In this document: positions 20,745-30,584 of the stretch, piece by piece
Layout: each line of letters begins with the position of its first letter
Numbering within the stretch: the stretch's first letter is position 1
Source of the DNA: an uncultured Gemmatimonadales bacterium
GTDB lineage: Bacteria > Gemmatimonadota > Gemmatimonadetes > Longimicrobiales > Gaopeijiaceae
Direction of reading: 5' to 3'
DNA length: 64,000 bases
Assembly (NCBI GenBank): GCA_963823035.1
Contig: CAWGKG010000023.1
Location: 160,001-224,000, forward strand
The notes under the pieces: model-generated
The model's database searches: none
The model's input: only the letters and a program-made list of their open reading frames with translations
What the model was told of the DNA's origin: nothing
Program-made: the position numbers and the translations under genes

Positions 20745-21941
20745 GTGACGCGATCGTGGTCCCTCCCCCGCCCCCTGGCCGCCGCGATCTCCCACGTCGG
20801 GCGAGCCGCCCGCGTCCGGCCCCGCGCGCCGACGCACGCCGCCCTCGGCGATCCCGGTGACCTGGACCTCCGCGCCGCAGGGTGGACCGCGGCGGCCTAT
20901 TGGGGCGTGGTCTTCACGGTCGACGTCCTCAACGACGGCCCCATCGCCGCGCTCTCGTCGGGCGCACGTCCCCTGTCGCGCGTGCTCTTCGACTCGGGCG
21001 TCTGGTGGTCGGCCTGGATCCTCGTGACCCCGGCGCTCCTCCTCCTCTTCCGGGCCCTTCCTCCCCGGCGGATGGGATGGCCGCGCTGGACCGTGTTGCA
21101 CCTCGTCTTCGGCGGGGTGCTGTGCGCGGCCCATGCATGGACGGCGGCATGGACGTTCCGCCGGCTGCAGGGGAGCAGCCTGGGCGCCTGGGATCTGGCG
21201 CTCTCGTTCCTCGCCCAGTTCACGGTCGGGGAGATCCTCACGTACTGGGGGCTGGTGAGCAGCGTCCACCTCGTGGCGGAGGTGCGCCGGGGGCGCGCCC
21301 GGGACGTGGAGCTCGCCGCGCTCCGGCAGCGCGCGGACCACCTGGAGGTACGGCACCGTCGGGCGCGGCTGACCGCGCTGCACCGGGAGCTCGACAGCCA
21401 CTTCGTGCTGAACGCGCTTCACGGCGTGGGTAGCCTGGTTCGCCTCGGCAGCGGACTGCGGGCCGTGACCGTCCTCGAACGCATCGGCACGCTGGTCCGG
21501 TCGAGCTCCGAGACGGCGGAGCGCCCCGAGGTACCCCTCGCGCGGGAACTGGAGATCCTGCAGCTGTACCTCGGCATCGAGGAGGCGCGCCGCGAGGACG
21601 GTGTGACCGTACGGTACGACGTCGACGAGCGGGTGCGGGAGGCGGCCGTGCCCCCCTTCCTCCTCCAACCCCTCGTGGAGAACGCGCTGCGACACGGAAG
21701 AGGGCCCGGCGCCGCTCGCCTGGCCATCCGCGGTCGCCGCGTCGGCGCTCGCCTGCGGATCGAGGTCCAGGACCACGGTGGCCCACCGCGCGGGCCGTTG
21801 CGCGAAGGGACCGGCCTCTCCACGACGAGGGCACGCCTGCACCTCCTGCATGGGCCGGACGCGGAGTTGGCCCTCTTCGGCACGGGCGACGGGATGACGG
21901 CCGAGGTGACGCTCCCCTTCCACCCCGGAGGCGAGGAGTGA
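20745..21941 (+). CDS. LytS/YehU-type membrane histidine kinase (start approximate)
   Basis: Several TM helices; ELDSHFVLNALH, VPLARELE, YLGIEEAR, PPFLLQPLVENALRHG and GTGLSTTRARL. Confidence 0.85.
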   Translation: MTRSWSLPRPLAAAISHVGRAARVRPRAPTHAALGDPGDLDLRAAGWTAAAYWGVVFTVDVLNDGPIAALSSGARPLSRVLFDSGVWWSAWILVTPALLLLFRALPPRRMGWPRWTVLHLVFGGVLCAAHAWTAAWTFRRLQGSSLGAWDLALSFLAQFTVGEILTYWGLVSSVHLVAEVRRGRARDVELAALRQRADHLEVRHRRARLTALHRELDSHFVLNALHGVGSLVRLGSGLRAVTVLERIGTLVRSSSETAERPEVPLARELEILQLYLGIEEARREDGVTVRYDVDERVREAAVPPFLLQPLVENALRHGRGPGAARLAIRGRRVGARLRIEVQDHGGPPRGPLREGTGLSTTRARLHLLHGPDAELALFGTGDGMTAEVTLPFHPGGEE

Positions 21942-22738
21942 ACGGCGTCGGTACGGGCGCAGCCGCACCCTGGCGCGTGCTGGTGGCCGACGACGATCCC
22001 GGCGCGCTCGCCACCGTGCGCGGGGCGCTCGCAGCCTGTGAGGACGTTCGCATCGTGGCCGAGGCGACCACCGGAGCCGACGTCGTGCGCCTCGTCCGAA
22101 GCACGTCCCCGGACCTGGCGATCCTCGACGTGCACATGCCCGAGGGCAACGGCCTCGACGTGGTCGCGGAGCTGGGCCCGGAGCGCATGCCGCCGGTGGT
22201 GTTCGTGACCGCCTTCGACCGCCACGCCGTCGAGGCCTTCGAGTTGCATGCCGTGGACTACGTCCTCAAGCCGTTCGATGACGAACGGCTGCGCGCGGCG
22301 GTGCGCCGCGCCGTCCGCCGGGTCAGGTTGGAGCGCACCGAGGAGATGGCGCGCTCCCTGGCCGGCCTCACCGCCTCCCTCGCCGACCCGCTCGGTGGCA
22401 CGGAGGGTGGCTCCGCTCCGCTGCGCCGGTTCGCGGTGCGTAGCGCGGACCGCGTTCGGCTCGTGAACGTCGACGACGTGGATTGGCTGGAGGCCTCCCG
22501 CAACTCCGTGCGCCTGCACGTGGGCGACGAGGCGCTCGAGGTGCGCGCCACGCTGAGCGGGACGCTCCAGCGCCTCGACCCGACGCGCTTCGTGCGCATC
22601 CACCGCTCGACGGCCGTGAACGTCGACAGGGTGGTCGAGATCCAGAGCTGGTTCGGTGGGGACTCCATCGCGCTCCTGCAGGACGGGACGCAGCTGCGGG
22701 TGAGCCGCACGTTCAAGGACGCGCTGCTCGGGGGCTGA
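21938..22738 (+). CDS. LytTR-family response regulator
   Basis: VLVADDD, LDVHMP, FVTAFD, AVDYVLKP and FVRIHRSTAVN. GTGA overlap with the kinase. Confidence 0.92.
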   Translation: MNGVGTGAAAPWRVLVADDDPGALATVRGALAACEDVRIVAEATTGADVVRLVRSTSPDLAILDVHMPEGNGLDVVAELGPERMPPVVFVTAFDRHAVEAFELHAVDYVLKPFDDERLRAAVRRAVRRVRLERTEEMARSLAGLTASLADPLGGTEGGSAPLRRFAVRSADRVRLVNVDDVDWLEASRNSVRLHVGDEALEVRATLSGTLQRLDPTRFVRIHRSTAVNVDRVVEIQSWFGGDSIALLQDGTQLRVSRTFKDALLGG

Positions 22739-22748
22739 AGGCGAGCTC

Positions 22749-22838
22749 CACGGCTCGTCCCGGTCGGGACACGTCCCGGCCGGCGCGCTGCACGGTCTGT
22801 CCCACCCCCGTCATCGACGCGCGGCCCGCCGGTATCCT
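22749..22838 (+). promoter_or_regulatory. Putative LytTR binding site: three imperfect direct repeats at 21-bp period, plus a -10 element
   Basis: CACGGCTCGTCCC (22749), CACGTCCCGGCCG (22770), CACGGTCTGTCCC (22791); TATCCT at 22833-22838. Confidence 0.6.
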
Positions 22839-22892
22839 CTCCCGGGTCGGCCCGCTACGGGCCCGAGCCGGGACCGAGCGAGAGGAGCGACG

Positions 22893-23570
22893 ATGCGGGG
22901 ACCGGGGGTGGGGGTGGGGCGTCGGGGGGCGGCGCGATCGGCAGCGCTCTGTGTCGCCGCCCTGGTCGGGCTGGCCGCCTGCTCGGGAGAGGACGCGCAG
23001 CCACTCGGCCCCAGCACCCCCCATCCGGACGCACGCACGCTCCGATGCACCCAGGAGTTCGGGGACACGGCGGCGTCCGCGTACGTCCTGCCCTTCCCGG
23101 TGGGCCGAACCTATCGGCTGATCCAGGGCTACTGCGCGCCGAATCCGACGTGGGGGCACCACGCGTGGCTCGCCTACGACTTCGACCTCTCGATCGGGGA
23201 CACGGTGGTCGCTTCACGGCCCGGCCACGTCCTCGCGGCGCGCGACTCCTTCGAGGACGGCTCCCGCGTCTGCGGGGAGGAGAACTACGTCTTCGTCGAG
23301 CATGAGGACGGGACGGTCATGGCCTACATCCACCTCACCCGGCACGGCGCGCTCGTCGGCCCGGGACAGGAGGTGGACGAGGGTGAGCCCATCGGCCTGA
23401 GCGGGGACAGCGGCTGCTCGAGCGGACCGCACCTGCACGTGGCGCTCTTCCGAGACCGCACGTCCTACGACGTCGAGAACAACATCCCCCTGAACTACCG
23501 CAGGGCCGCGGGGCCGCTGGACACGCGCCACGGCCTGATGCAGGGCCAGAGCTACACGGCACTCCCATGA
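22893..23570 (+). CDS. M23 family metallopeptidase lipoprotein
   Basis: Lipobox LAAC; H...AYDFD, YIHL and GLSGDSGCSSGPHLH. Confidence 0.88.
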   Translation: MRGPGVGVGRRGAARSAALCVAALVGLAACSGEDAQPLGPSTPHPDARTLRCTQEFGDTAASAYVLPFPVGRTYRLIQGYCAPNPTWGHHAWLAYDFDLSIGDTVVASRPGHVLAARDSFEDGSRVCGEENYVFVEHEDGTVMAYIHLTRHGALVGPGQEVDEGEPIGLSGDSGCSSGPHLHVALFRDRTSYDVENNIPLNYRRAAGPLDTRHGLMQGQSYTALP

Positions 23571-24793
23571 GTCGAGCTGCGAGGTGGACGATGCGAGAAG
23601 CGATCCCGACGATCCGCACCCTGTGCGCCGCGACGGCGACGGTGGTCGCCGTGGGCGTCGCGGCCTGCGGGAGCGATGCGACGGGTCCCGGCGGCGGCCC
23701 CTCCCTCACGGTGTCCCCCCGCTCCACCGATCTCAGGCACCCCGGGGACACCCTCCGCCTCGCGCTCGCGGGCTCGGCGGCTTCCGGGGCGGCCACGTGG
23801 AGCACCTCCAACGCCCAGGTCCTGTCCGTTTCGTCGGACGGGCTGGTGGAGGCCACCGGCTATGGAACGGCGCTGGTGACCGCGAAGGTCGGGGAGGCGG
23901 AAGCCTCGGCGTCCATCCGCGTGGTGGGAGAGACCTCGATGAGCTTCCTGCAGGGCGCGTGGACCACGGACGACGAGCTGACCCCCGACGGCGTGACGGG
24001 CAGCGGCGCCGTGGTGGTCGTGAGCGACCAGGGGGCCCTGCGAGCCGTATGGCGCGGCACACTCCGGGGCGTGCCGGTGGAAGTCGTTTCGCTCGTGGCG
24101 GCGCGAGGGGCCGGATGGTCGCTCGCCCGCGCGGACGGCGTCCGGGGCACCTTCGCGCTCATGGACGGCACGCTCACACCCGGTCGCGTCGAGCTCGACT
24201 CGGGCGACCGTCTCGGCGGCGGATGGCGGGAGCGCGTCGTCCTCTCCGACTTCACGTCCTCCTCCTTCCGCTGGACGGTCGAAGAGTCCGAGGACGACGG
24301 CGCCACCTGGACCGCGCGCTGGAGGCAGCTCCTGCATCGCGCGGCGCCCACGGCGGCGCCGCCGGTCCTGGACACCCTCAGCCCCGCGTGCACGGCGAGC
24401 GAACACCGTGCGTTCGATTTCTGGCGTGGAAACTGGAGCGTGCGCGTCTCGTCGGGTGGCCTCGCCGGCACCAACCTCGTCCATCGGTTGGCCGGGTGCG
24501 GCATCCAGGAGAACTGGAGGGACGCCTCGAGCGGCGGCGGCATCAGCCTGAACATGTACGACCCGCGCAGCGACGCCTGGACGCAGTTCTACGTGGCGTC
24601 GACGGGCGGCTCCATCGAGCTGTCCGGTAGCCTGCACGGCGGCGCGATGGTGCTCCAGGGCCCTTCGGGCACCGTGGTGGATCGCATCACCTGGTCGGTC
24701 CTCGAAGACGGTCGCGTCCGCCAGCTCTGGGAGCGATCCACCGCGGGCGGAGCGTTCAGCACCTACTTCGACGGATACTACGAACGCCGGTGA
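23567..24793 (+). CDS. Lipoprotein with an Ig-like (Big_2) domain and two DUF1579-like beta-barrel modules
   Basis: Lipobox VAAC; WSTSNAQVLSVSSDGLVEATGYGTALVTA; FLQGAW...SEDDGATW and FDFWRGNW...YFDGYYER. ATGA overlap with M23; alternative ATG at 23591. Confidence 0.65.
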   Translation: MSRAARWTMREAIPTIRTLCAATATVVAVGVAACGSDATGPGGGPSLTVSPRSTDLRHPGDTLRLALAGSAASGAATWSTSNAQVLSVSSDGLVEATGYGTALVTAKVGEAEASASIRVVGETSMSFLQGAWTTDDELTPDGVTGSGAVVVVSDQGALRAVWRGTLRGVPVEVVSLVAARGAGWSLARADGVRGTFALMDGTLTPGRVELDSGDRLGGGWRERVVLSDFTSSSFRWTVEESEDDGATWTARWRQLLHRAAPTAAPPVLDTLSPACTASEHRAFDFWRGNWSVRVSSGGLAGTNLVHRLAGCGIQENWRDASSGGGISLNMYDPRSDAWTQFYVASTGGSIELSGSLHGGAMVLQGPSGTVVDRITWSVLEDGRVRQLWERSTAGGAFSTYFDGYYERR

Positions 24794-24816
24794 GCCCGCG
24801 GACCGGCATGAGGGGT

Positions 24817-24866
24817 TTGACGCCGACGCGACGGGACCGACATACTGGCGCGTCTCGATCAGGAGG
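24817..24866 (+). promoter_or_regulatory. Sigma70-like promoter and RBS of the radical-SAM operon
   Basis: TTGACG (24817-24822)-N18-CATACT (24841-24846); AGGAGG at 24861-24866. Confidence 0.55.
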
Positions 24867-24871
24867 TGGAC

Positions 24872-25669
24872 GTGCCGGCGATGAACGCGCAGCTCATGAC
24901 GACGACCGCGAAGGCGCGCTTCGAGCGCTCGTCCGGTCCCAAGCTCGGCAGGACCGCGCCGACCGGGCACTTCGCCCCTTCGAGCACGTCGCTCCGGACC
25001 CCGGCGCCGAGGTCGGTCGGCTCGATCGTACCCCCGGGCGGCCAAGCGGCCGCGGACTACGGCGCGCTGATCGACCCCATGTGTCGGGCGATTTGCGCGG
25101 GCCACGACCTGTGGCGCGTGCAGGCCTTCTTCAAGGGGATCAAGATCAACGGTCCCATCGCGACGGGCGGCACCCTGGAAGGCCCCGCGCTCGAACCCCT
25201 GCTGCGCAGCCAACTGGCCGCGACCGCCGGACGCGCGGCGACCGAGCCGGCCCTCGCGGCGGTCGTCGGAGCCCTCGGCGAGGCATGGGGCTTCTTCCAA
25301 CGCTCCGTCACCGTCCCCGGCCTCCCATGGTATCCGTCCTTCGCGGCCGTGCCCGGCCCGCAGGCGCCACCGACTCCGAACGTCCCCACGTCGCTCGCGG
25401 CCTGCACCTACGACGGCGCGACCTTCTCCGCGTCGCGGGTCGTGGACGGTATGAAGCGCCGGCTCACGAACCCCCCCGCGGATGTCACCTCCTTCTTCCA
25501 GGCGATCGCCGAGGGCTTCCAGACCGCCGTCGGCGTCTGGATCCCCGGCCAGCCGGTCAGCAACGTCATGGGCACCGGCCCGTGCCCGAACTTCGCGCCC
25601 CCCTACGTTCCGACCAGTCCCGTGATCGCGGGGGACACCCTCGGCACATCCGGTCACCTCAACGCCTGA
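24872..25669 (+). CDS. Hypothetical Pro/Gly/Ala-rich protein of unknown function
   Basis: Clean ORF with GTG 5 nt after AGGAGG and no signal peptide. Distinctive segments VPGLPWYPSFAAVPGPQAPPTPNVP and GTGPCPNFAPPYVPTSPVIAGD. Confidence 0.75.
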   Translation: MPAMNAQLMTTTAKARFERSSGPKLGRTAPTGHFAPSSTSLRTPAPRSVGSIVPPGGQAAADYGALIDPMCRAICAGHDLWRVQAFFKGIKINGPIATGGTLEGPALEPLLRSQLAATAGRAATEPALAAVVGALGEAWGFFQRSVTVPGLPWYPSFAAVPGPQAPPTPNVPTSLAACTYDGATFSASRVVDGMKRRLTNPPADVTSFFQAIAEGFQTAVGVWIPGQPVSNVMGTGPCPNFAPPYVPTSPVIAGDTLGTSGHLNA

Positions 25670-25682
25670 GGCGCCGAGTCCC

Positions 25683-27161
25683 GTGCCGCGCGTCCTCCTG
25701 ATCAACCCCCCCTCACCCGAACGGTTGGGCGCACCCCTGCTGGGCCTGCAGTACGTTGCCTCGGCCCTGCTCCAGCGGGGCTGTGAGGTACGCGTCATCG
25801 ACGCCGCCGCCCGCTACTTCGACCACGACCACGACTGGATCCTGGACGAGGCGGCGGCCTTCGAGGCGGACATGATCGGTGTCGGCCTCTTCACCCGCTG
25901 GGTCTGGCACGCGTATCGGCTCGCCGATGCGCTCCGCGGCTGCGGCCCGTTGCTGGTCGCGGGCGGAGCCCACACCACCGTTCGGGCGGACGAAGCCCTG
26001 GCGCACGGATTCGACGTCGCGGTGATCGGCGAGGGGGAGCGGACGGTCGTGGGGTTGGCCGAGCACCTGACCGGCCGCACGCGACTCGACGAGATCCCCG
26101 GCATCCGTTTCCGCGGTCCCGACGGCGCCGTCCACGGAACGGCACCCGCCGCGCCCCTCGCGGACCTCGACGCGCTGCCGATGCCGCTCGAGGCGCAGCA
26201 TCTCTTCCGGCGTGCATGGTACGCGCCGGGCGGCGGCGAGGTGATCCCCGGCGGCATGCTCACGAGCCGGGGATGTCCGGCGCGCTGCACCTTCTGCGCG
26301 AACTACGTGACGGGTCGTGGCTTCCGCTTCCACTCGGCGGAACGCGTGATCGAGGAGCTCAACCTCTACCACGCCCGCTACGGCGCCCGCTTCTTCCCCT
26401 TCTGGGACGACGCGCTCACCGCGCACCGGCCGCGGCTGGTGGAGCTGTGCGACGTCATGGCCGAAGGCGTGGACTTCCCGCTGCGCTGGAGCGCGATCAC
26501 GCGCGCGAACATGGTCACGCCCGAGTTGCTCCGCACCATGAAGGGCGCCGGGCTCGTGGCGGTGAACTTCGGCGTCGAGAGTGGCGACGACGAGATCCTG
26601 CGGGCGATCAAGAAGGGCGTGACCACCGACCGCGTGGTGCGCGCGCTCGAGTGGGCCAAGGAGGCCGGCCTCTACACCGCCTGCAACTTCATGCTCGGCT
26701 TTCCGCAGGAGTCGGAGGAGGCGCTCGAGCGCACCCTGCGCTTCATGGAGCGCATCGCGCCGATGGTGGACAGCTTCAGCACGCTCGGGGTGGTCGTCCC
26801 CTTCCCCGGCACGCCGCTCTACGACGCGTATCACGAGCGCTTCGGGTTCACCGACTGGTGGCTGCGCGAGGACCACAGCCACTACGAGGCGTCGCCGCCC
26901 GTCACGGACTTCGACCGCTTCTACCGCCACTACATCGACGACGCCAACCTCGACCTCGACTTCTTCCGCTACACACCGGGGCTGCGGACCCTCATCCGCA
27001 CGTGCCTGAAGTTCAAGGCGGAGCACAACCTGGCGCGCATGGGGCTGCTCGCGGATCCCGTCTTCCGCTCCGGCCCCACGGAGCTGTTCGACGCACCGCT
27101 GCCGGCCCTCCCCGAGGCGGCGCCCATGGCGCCGCCCGGTCGGGCGCCGACCCGGGCGTGA
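25683..27161 (+). CDS. Cobalamin-binding radical SAM enzyme (class B-like)
   Basis: B12 domain RVLLINPP, LGLQYVASAL, LVAGGAHTT, AVIGEGE; CxxxCxxC in SRGCPARCTFC; FWDD, FGVESG, FMLGFP, PFPGTPLY. Confidence 0.92.
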   Translation: MPRVLLINPPSPERLGAPLLGLQYVASALLQRGCEVRVIDAAARYFDHDHDWILDEAAAFEADMIGVGLFTRWVWHAYRLADALRGCGPLLVAGGAHTTVRADEALAHGFDVAVIGEGERTVVGLAEHLTGRTRLDEIPGIRFRGPDGAVHGTAPAAPLADLDALPMPLEAQHLFRRAWYAPGGGEVIPGGMLTSRGCPARCTFCANYVTGRGFRFHSAERVIEELNLYHARYGARFFPFWDDALTAHRPRLVELCDVMAEGVDFPLRWSAITRANMVTPELLRTMKGAGLVAVNFGVESGDDEILRAIKKGVTTDRVVRALEWAKEAGLYTACNFMLGFPQESEEALERTLRFMERIAPMVDSFSTLGVVVPFPGTPLYDAYHERFGFTDWWLREDHSHYEASPPVTDFDRFYRHYIDDANLDLDFFRYTPGLRTLIRTCLKFKAEHNLARMGLLADPVFRSGPTELFDAPLPALPEAAPMAPPGRAPTRA

Positions 27162-27967
27162 GCGCCGGTCCCATCGGCTGGGGCCACCCGGACACCGCGC
27201 GCTACTACGCCCTCTTCCAGCGCCGCTTCGCACGCTACCGGCAGGCGAATCGCAAGCTGGTCGCGCACGCGCGCCTCGGGTCCGGGATGCGCATCCTGGA
27301 CCTGGCGGCCGGAGACGGAGGGACCGCGTCCGCTGCCCTCGCGCGGCTCGGTGCCGCGGGGCGGGCCGTCTGCTTCGAGCCGGCGCCGGCGATGCGAGCG
27401 CTGGGCGAACGCACCCTGCGCGACGCGCGCGTGCGCTGGACCGCCGCGTGGCCCGGGCCCGGCGAGCGCTTCGATCGTGTCCTGTGCGGTGCCGCGATCT
27501 GGCAGATGCTCCCGCTCGGTGAGACGTTCGCGCGGATCTTCAAGCTGCTTCGCCCGGGCGGCTGCCTGTGCTTCGACGTGCCGGCGCTCTACCTCGGAGA
27601 GCCCGACGAGCCCGGCGGGGGTCGCGATCCGAGGCTCCTCGAGCTTCCCGCCGCGCTGTGGACGGCCGCGGGCGAGCCGGCACCGGGTCCGACGGCTTCG
27701 CCCGCTCGCCCTCCGGACGCGAACGGTGTGGACGCCGCGCTGGACACGGCCGGGTTCAGGGCCGCCCGCTGGAGCTTCCGGACCCGCCTGGGGCAACGCG
27801 CCTACCGAGCCTGGCTCAAGATCCCACCTACCACCGACCACCTCCTCCTGGGGCTCTCGGCCGACGAGCGCGCCGAGCGGGTCGATCGCGCGTTCGCGTC
27901 CGTGGACGCCTCGTCCTGGCGATGGGAGCGTTGGCGGGGGTGGACCGCGTGGAGGCCTGCGGCGTGA
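27158..27967 (+). CDS. Class I SAM-dependent methyltransferase
   Basis: RILDLAAGDG, FEPAPAM, FDRVLC and LLRPGG. GTGA overlap with the radical SAM stop. Confidence 0.85.
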   Translation: MSAGPIGWGHPDTARYYALFQRRFARYRQANRKLVAHARLGSGMRILDLAAGDGGTASAALARLGAAGRAVCFEPAPAMRALGERTLRDARVRWTAAWPGPGERFDRVLCGAAIWQMLPLGETFARIFKLLRPGGCLCFDVPALYLGEPDEPGGGRDPRLLELPAALWTAAGEPAPGPTASPARPPDANGVDAALDTAGFRAARWSFRTRLGQRAYRAWLKIPPTTDHLLLGLSADERAERVDRAFASVDASSWRWERWRGWTAWRPAA

Positions 27968-28704
27968 GCGAGACCCTGCGCCTGGAGGAGCTGCGCGACA
28001 CGCCCTGGCAACGGGCGGACGCCGAGGGCCTCCGCGGCGAGGCCGACCGGTACGGGTGCCTCCTCCTCCGCGGGCTGCTTCCTTCCGCCGATGTCCTGGC
28101 GCTGCGGATGCGCGTCGTGGAAGCCTGTGCCGCGCTCGGATGGCTCGATGACGCGGCGCCGGCGGCGGCCGCCGTGGCCCGCGCCGGCGCGAGCGCCGGC
28201 GCGTACGACGAGGCATGGACCGAGCTGCAGCGCCGCGTCGCACCCCTGCCGGAGTTCGCGCGCCTTCGCGAACACCCCGCCATCGCGGGCGTTCTGGAGA
28301 CCATCTTCCCGGGCCCCGTGCGTACCGGCCGCGGGGACACGTGTCGCGTCTTCGCGCCCGGCCGCCCGGAGCTGACCACCCTCCCCCACCAGGATCACTT
28401 CTACGTGCGCGGGAGCGCCGCCCTCTGGACGGTGTGGATCCCGCTCGGGGACTGTCCCCGAGCGCTGGGCGGGCTGGCCGTCTTGCCCGGCTCGCATCGC
28501 GACGGTCTCCTCCCCCATGCCGGCGAGGGCTCGGGGCGGCAGGGCATCGAGGTCGGACCCGACGTCGTCTGGGCCGCCGCCGACTACCGGTGCGGGGACG
28601 TCCTGGCGTTCAACAGCCTGACGCTGCACCGAGCGCTGGAGAACCGCACCGCGGATCGTCTGCGCCTCTCGGCCGACTTCCGCTACGACCCGGGGAACCT
28701 CTAG
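27964..28704 (+). CDS. Fe(II)/2-oxoglutarate dioxygenase, PhyH family
   Basis: YGCLLLRGLL, PHQD (HxD), WIPLGD, GGLAVLPGSH, GDVLAFNSLTLH and RLSADFRY. GTGA overlap with the methyltransferase. Confidence 0.88.
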   Translation: MSETLRLEELRDTPWQRADAEGLRGEADRYGCLLLRGLLPSADVLALRMRVVEACAALGWLDDAAPAAAAVARAGASAGAYDEAWTELQRRVAPLPEFARLREHPAIAGVLETIFPGPVRTGRGDTCRVFAPGRPELTTLPHQDHFYVRGSAALWTVWIPLGDCPRALGGLAVLPGSHRDGLLPHAGEGSGRQGIEVGPDVVWAAADYRCGDVLAFNSLTLHRALENRTADRLRLSADFRYDPGNL

Positions 28705-28812
28705 GGGAGCTCCTGGCTGCACACCGCCGCCCGCAGGCGGTGGTCCGAGGAGATCCGAGCGCAGCGCTTCCCCGGGCTCTGGGGGCAGGTGGCTCCACCA
28801 CCGTGGGCCAGC

Positions 28813-30570
28813 CTAGCCCGCACGCGCCAGCGGCGCCCTCCCCGCTCCCTCGTCCACCACGAAGCGGAACCGGCCCACCAGCTCGCCGAGGTCGACGGCC
28901 ATGCGCTCGAGCTTCGAGAGCGATTCCAACGCGTGCGTTACGCCTTCCGAGGTGCTCTCCGCCGAGACCGCCACGGTCTCGATGGTGGAGGTGATCTGCT
29001 CGGAGGCCCCCGCCGCTTCGGCCAGGTTGCGGCCGATCTCCTGCGTGGTCGCCGTCTGCTCCTCGACGGCCGCCGCGATGGTCTCCTGGATGTGGTCGAT
29101 CTCCGTGATGATGCGAGAGATGTCCCGGAGAGACTCGACGGCCGCGGCACTGTCCGCCTGGATCGCGGTGACCTTGTCCGCGATCTCCTGAGCAGCCTTG
29201 GCGCTCTGCGCCGCCAGCTCCTTCACCTCGGTCGCCACCACGGCGAAGCCCTTGCCGGCGTCTCCGGCCCGGGCCGCCTCGATCGTCGCGTTCAGCGCGA
29301 GCAGATTGGTCTTTTCCGCGATCGAGGCGATGACCTCCACCACGGACCCGATCTGGACGCTGCTGACGCCGAGCGCCTCCATCCCCGCGTTGGTCCGGTT
29401 CGCCACGGCGACGGCGTTGCGCGCCACTTCGGCGGCGTGTGCTGCGCTGCGCGCGATCTCCTTCACCGACACCGTCATCTCCTCGGTGGCCGCGGACACA
29501 CTGCGCACGCTGTCGCTCACCAGCGTCGCGGCACCGGACGCCTCGCGCGCCCGATTGCGCGTCTCGGACGACTCCCGACCGATACGGTCGGTCACCCCCG
29601 AGATCTCCCCCGAGGCGCTGCTCAGCGTGGTCGCGCTCGAGGACACCTGGGCGATGCTGCTCCTCAGGTTGATGAGCAGCTGGTTGAGCCCGCCTGCCAC
29701 CTGATCCACCGCGCCCTCTCCGGCGATCTCCATGGACCCTGTCAGGTCTCCCTGTGAAGCGAGCTCGACCACGCTCAGGATCGCGTCCACCTTGCGCTGG
29801 TTGGCCTGTGCCTCCCCGCGCTCACGCTCGACCCGCTCCGCCTCGGCGGCCTGCAAGCGAGCCTCGCGGCGACGTTGCTCGGGGATCTCGTCCCAATTGA
29901 CCTGATCGGCCTCCAGGGCTCCGCGGATCCCCACGATCGTGCGATTCAGCGCGCGGGACATCTGTCCCACCTCGTCCTGCCGATCCGTTTCGGGCAGCTC
30001 CTCGAGCCGCCCGTCCGCGAGCGCGTGGATCTGCTTCACGGCCTTCTGGATGGGTCGCACGATCAGACCCGCCAGCCAGAGCGCGGCAACGACGCCGAGT
30101 GCCACCAGGCTCAACGCCACGCCAACCGCCACCAGCAGGCTCCTGCGCTGGCTGGCGGCCATGCGCGCCGTCGACGCGCCGACATAGACCTTCCCCGTCA
30201 GCGCCTCCGACTCGACGCCTGCGTCCCGAACGACCAGGGTATCCGTGGCGAGAAGCTCGTCGCCCAGCACGAGATCCTGCGGGAACGAGGCGAGCTTCTC
30301 GCCGTCGCTCTCGAGGTAGACGAAGCGGACGTCGGAGTTCGCACGCGCGAACTCCATCGACTTCTGTACGCCCGACAGGTCCCCGGTCTCCATGCCGATG
30401 GAGATGCCCAGCGCCACGGTCTGCGCCATGGAGTAGACCTCCTGACCGAAGCTCTCCACCTGGAGTCGACGCTGCTGCGCCGGAAAGAACGAAGCCGCGA
30501 AGACCCCGTTGACCACCACGAGCGCGACGATGGTTCCGAGCAGCTTGGTACGAATGGACAACGACTTCAT
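28813..30570 (-). CDS. Methyl-accepting chemotaxis protein
   Basis: Two TMs flanking a short periplasmic domain, HAMP, and the signalling hairpin [37 protein letters not shown]. Confidence 0.95.
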   Translation of the reverse strand: MKSLSIRTKLLGTIVALVVVNGVFAASFFPAQQRRLQVESFGQEVYSMAQTVALGISIGMETGDLSGVQKSMEFARANSDVRFVYLESDGEKLASFPQDLVLGDELLATDTLVVRDAGVESEALTGKVYVGASTARMAASQRRSLLVAVGVALSLVALGVVAALWLAGLIVRPIQKAVKQIHALADGRLEELPETDRQDEVGQMSRALNRTIVGIRGALEADQVNWDEIPEQRRREARLQAAEAERVERERGEAQANQRKVDAILSVVELASQGDLTGSMEIAGEGAVDQVAGGLNQLLINLRSSIAQVSSSATTLSSASGEISGVTDRIGRESSETRNRAREASGAATLVSDSVRSVSAATEEMTVSVKEIARSAAHAAEVARNAVAVANRTNAGMEALGVSSVQIGSVVEVIASIAEKTNLLALNATIEAARAGDAGKGFAVVATEVKELAAQSAKAAQEIADKVTAIQADSAAAVESLRDISRIITEIDHIQETIAAAVEEQTATTQEIGRNLAEAAGASEQITSTIETVAVSAESTSEGVTHALESLSKLERMAVDLGELVGRFRFVVDEGAGRAPLARAG

Positions 30571-30584
30571 GGTCGGGGCGCCTC

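Noticed and set aside
24790..28800. Classical RiPP cluster with a short precursor peptide
   Set aside because: No short ORF with RBS and leader features, and no recognisable RRE, SPASM domain, protease or exporter in the operon.
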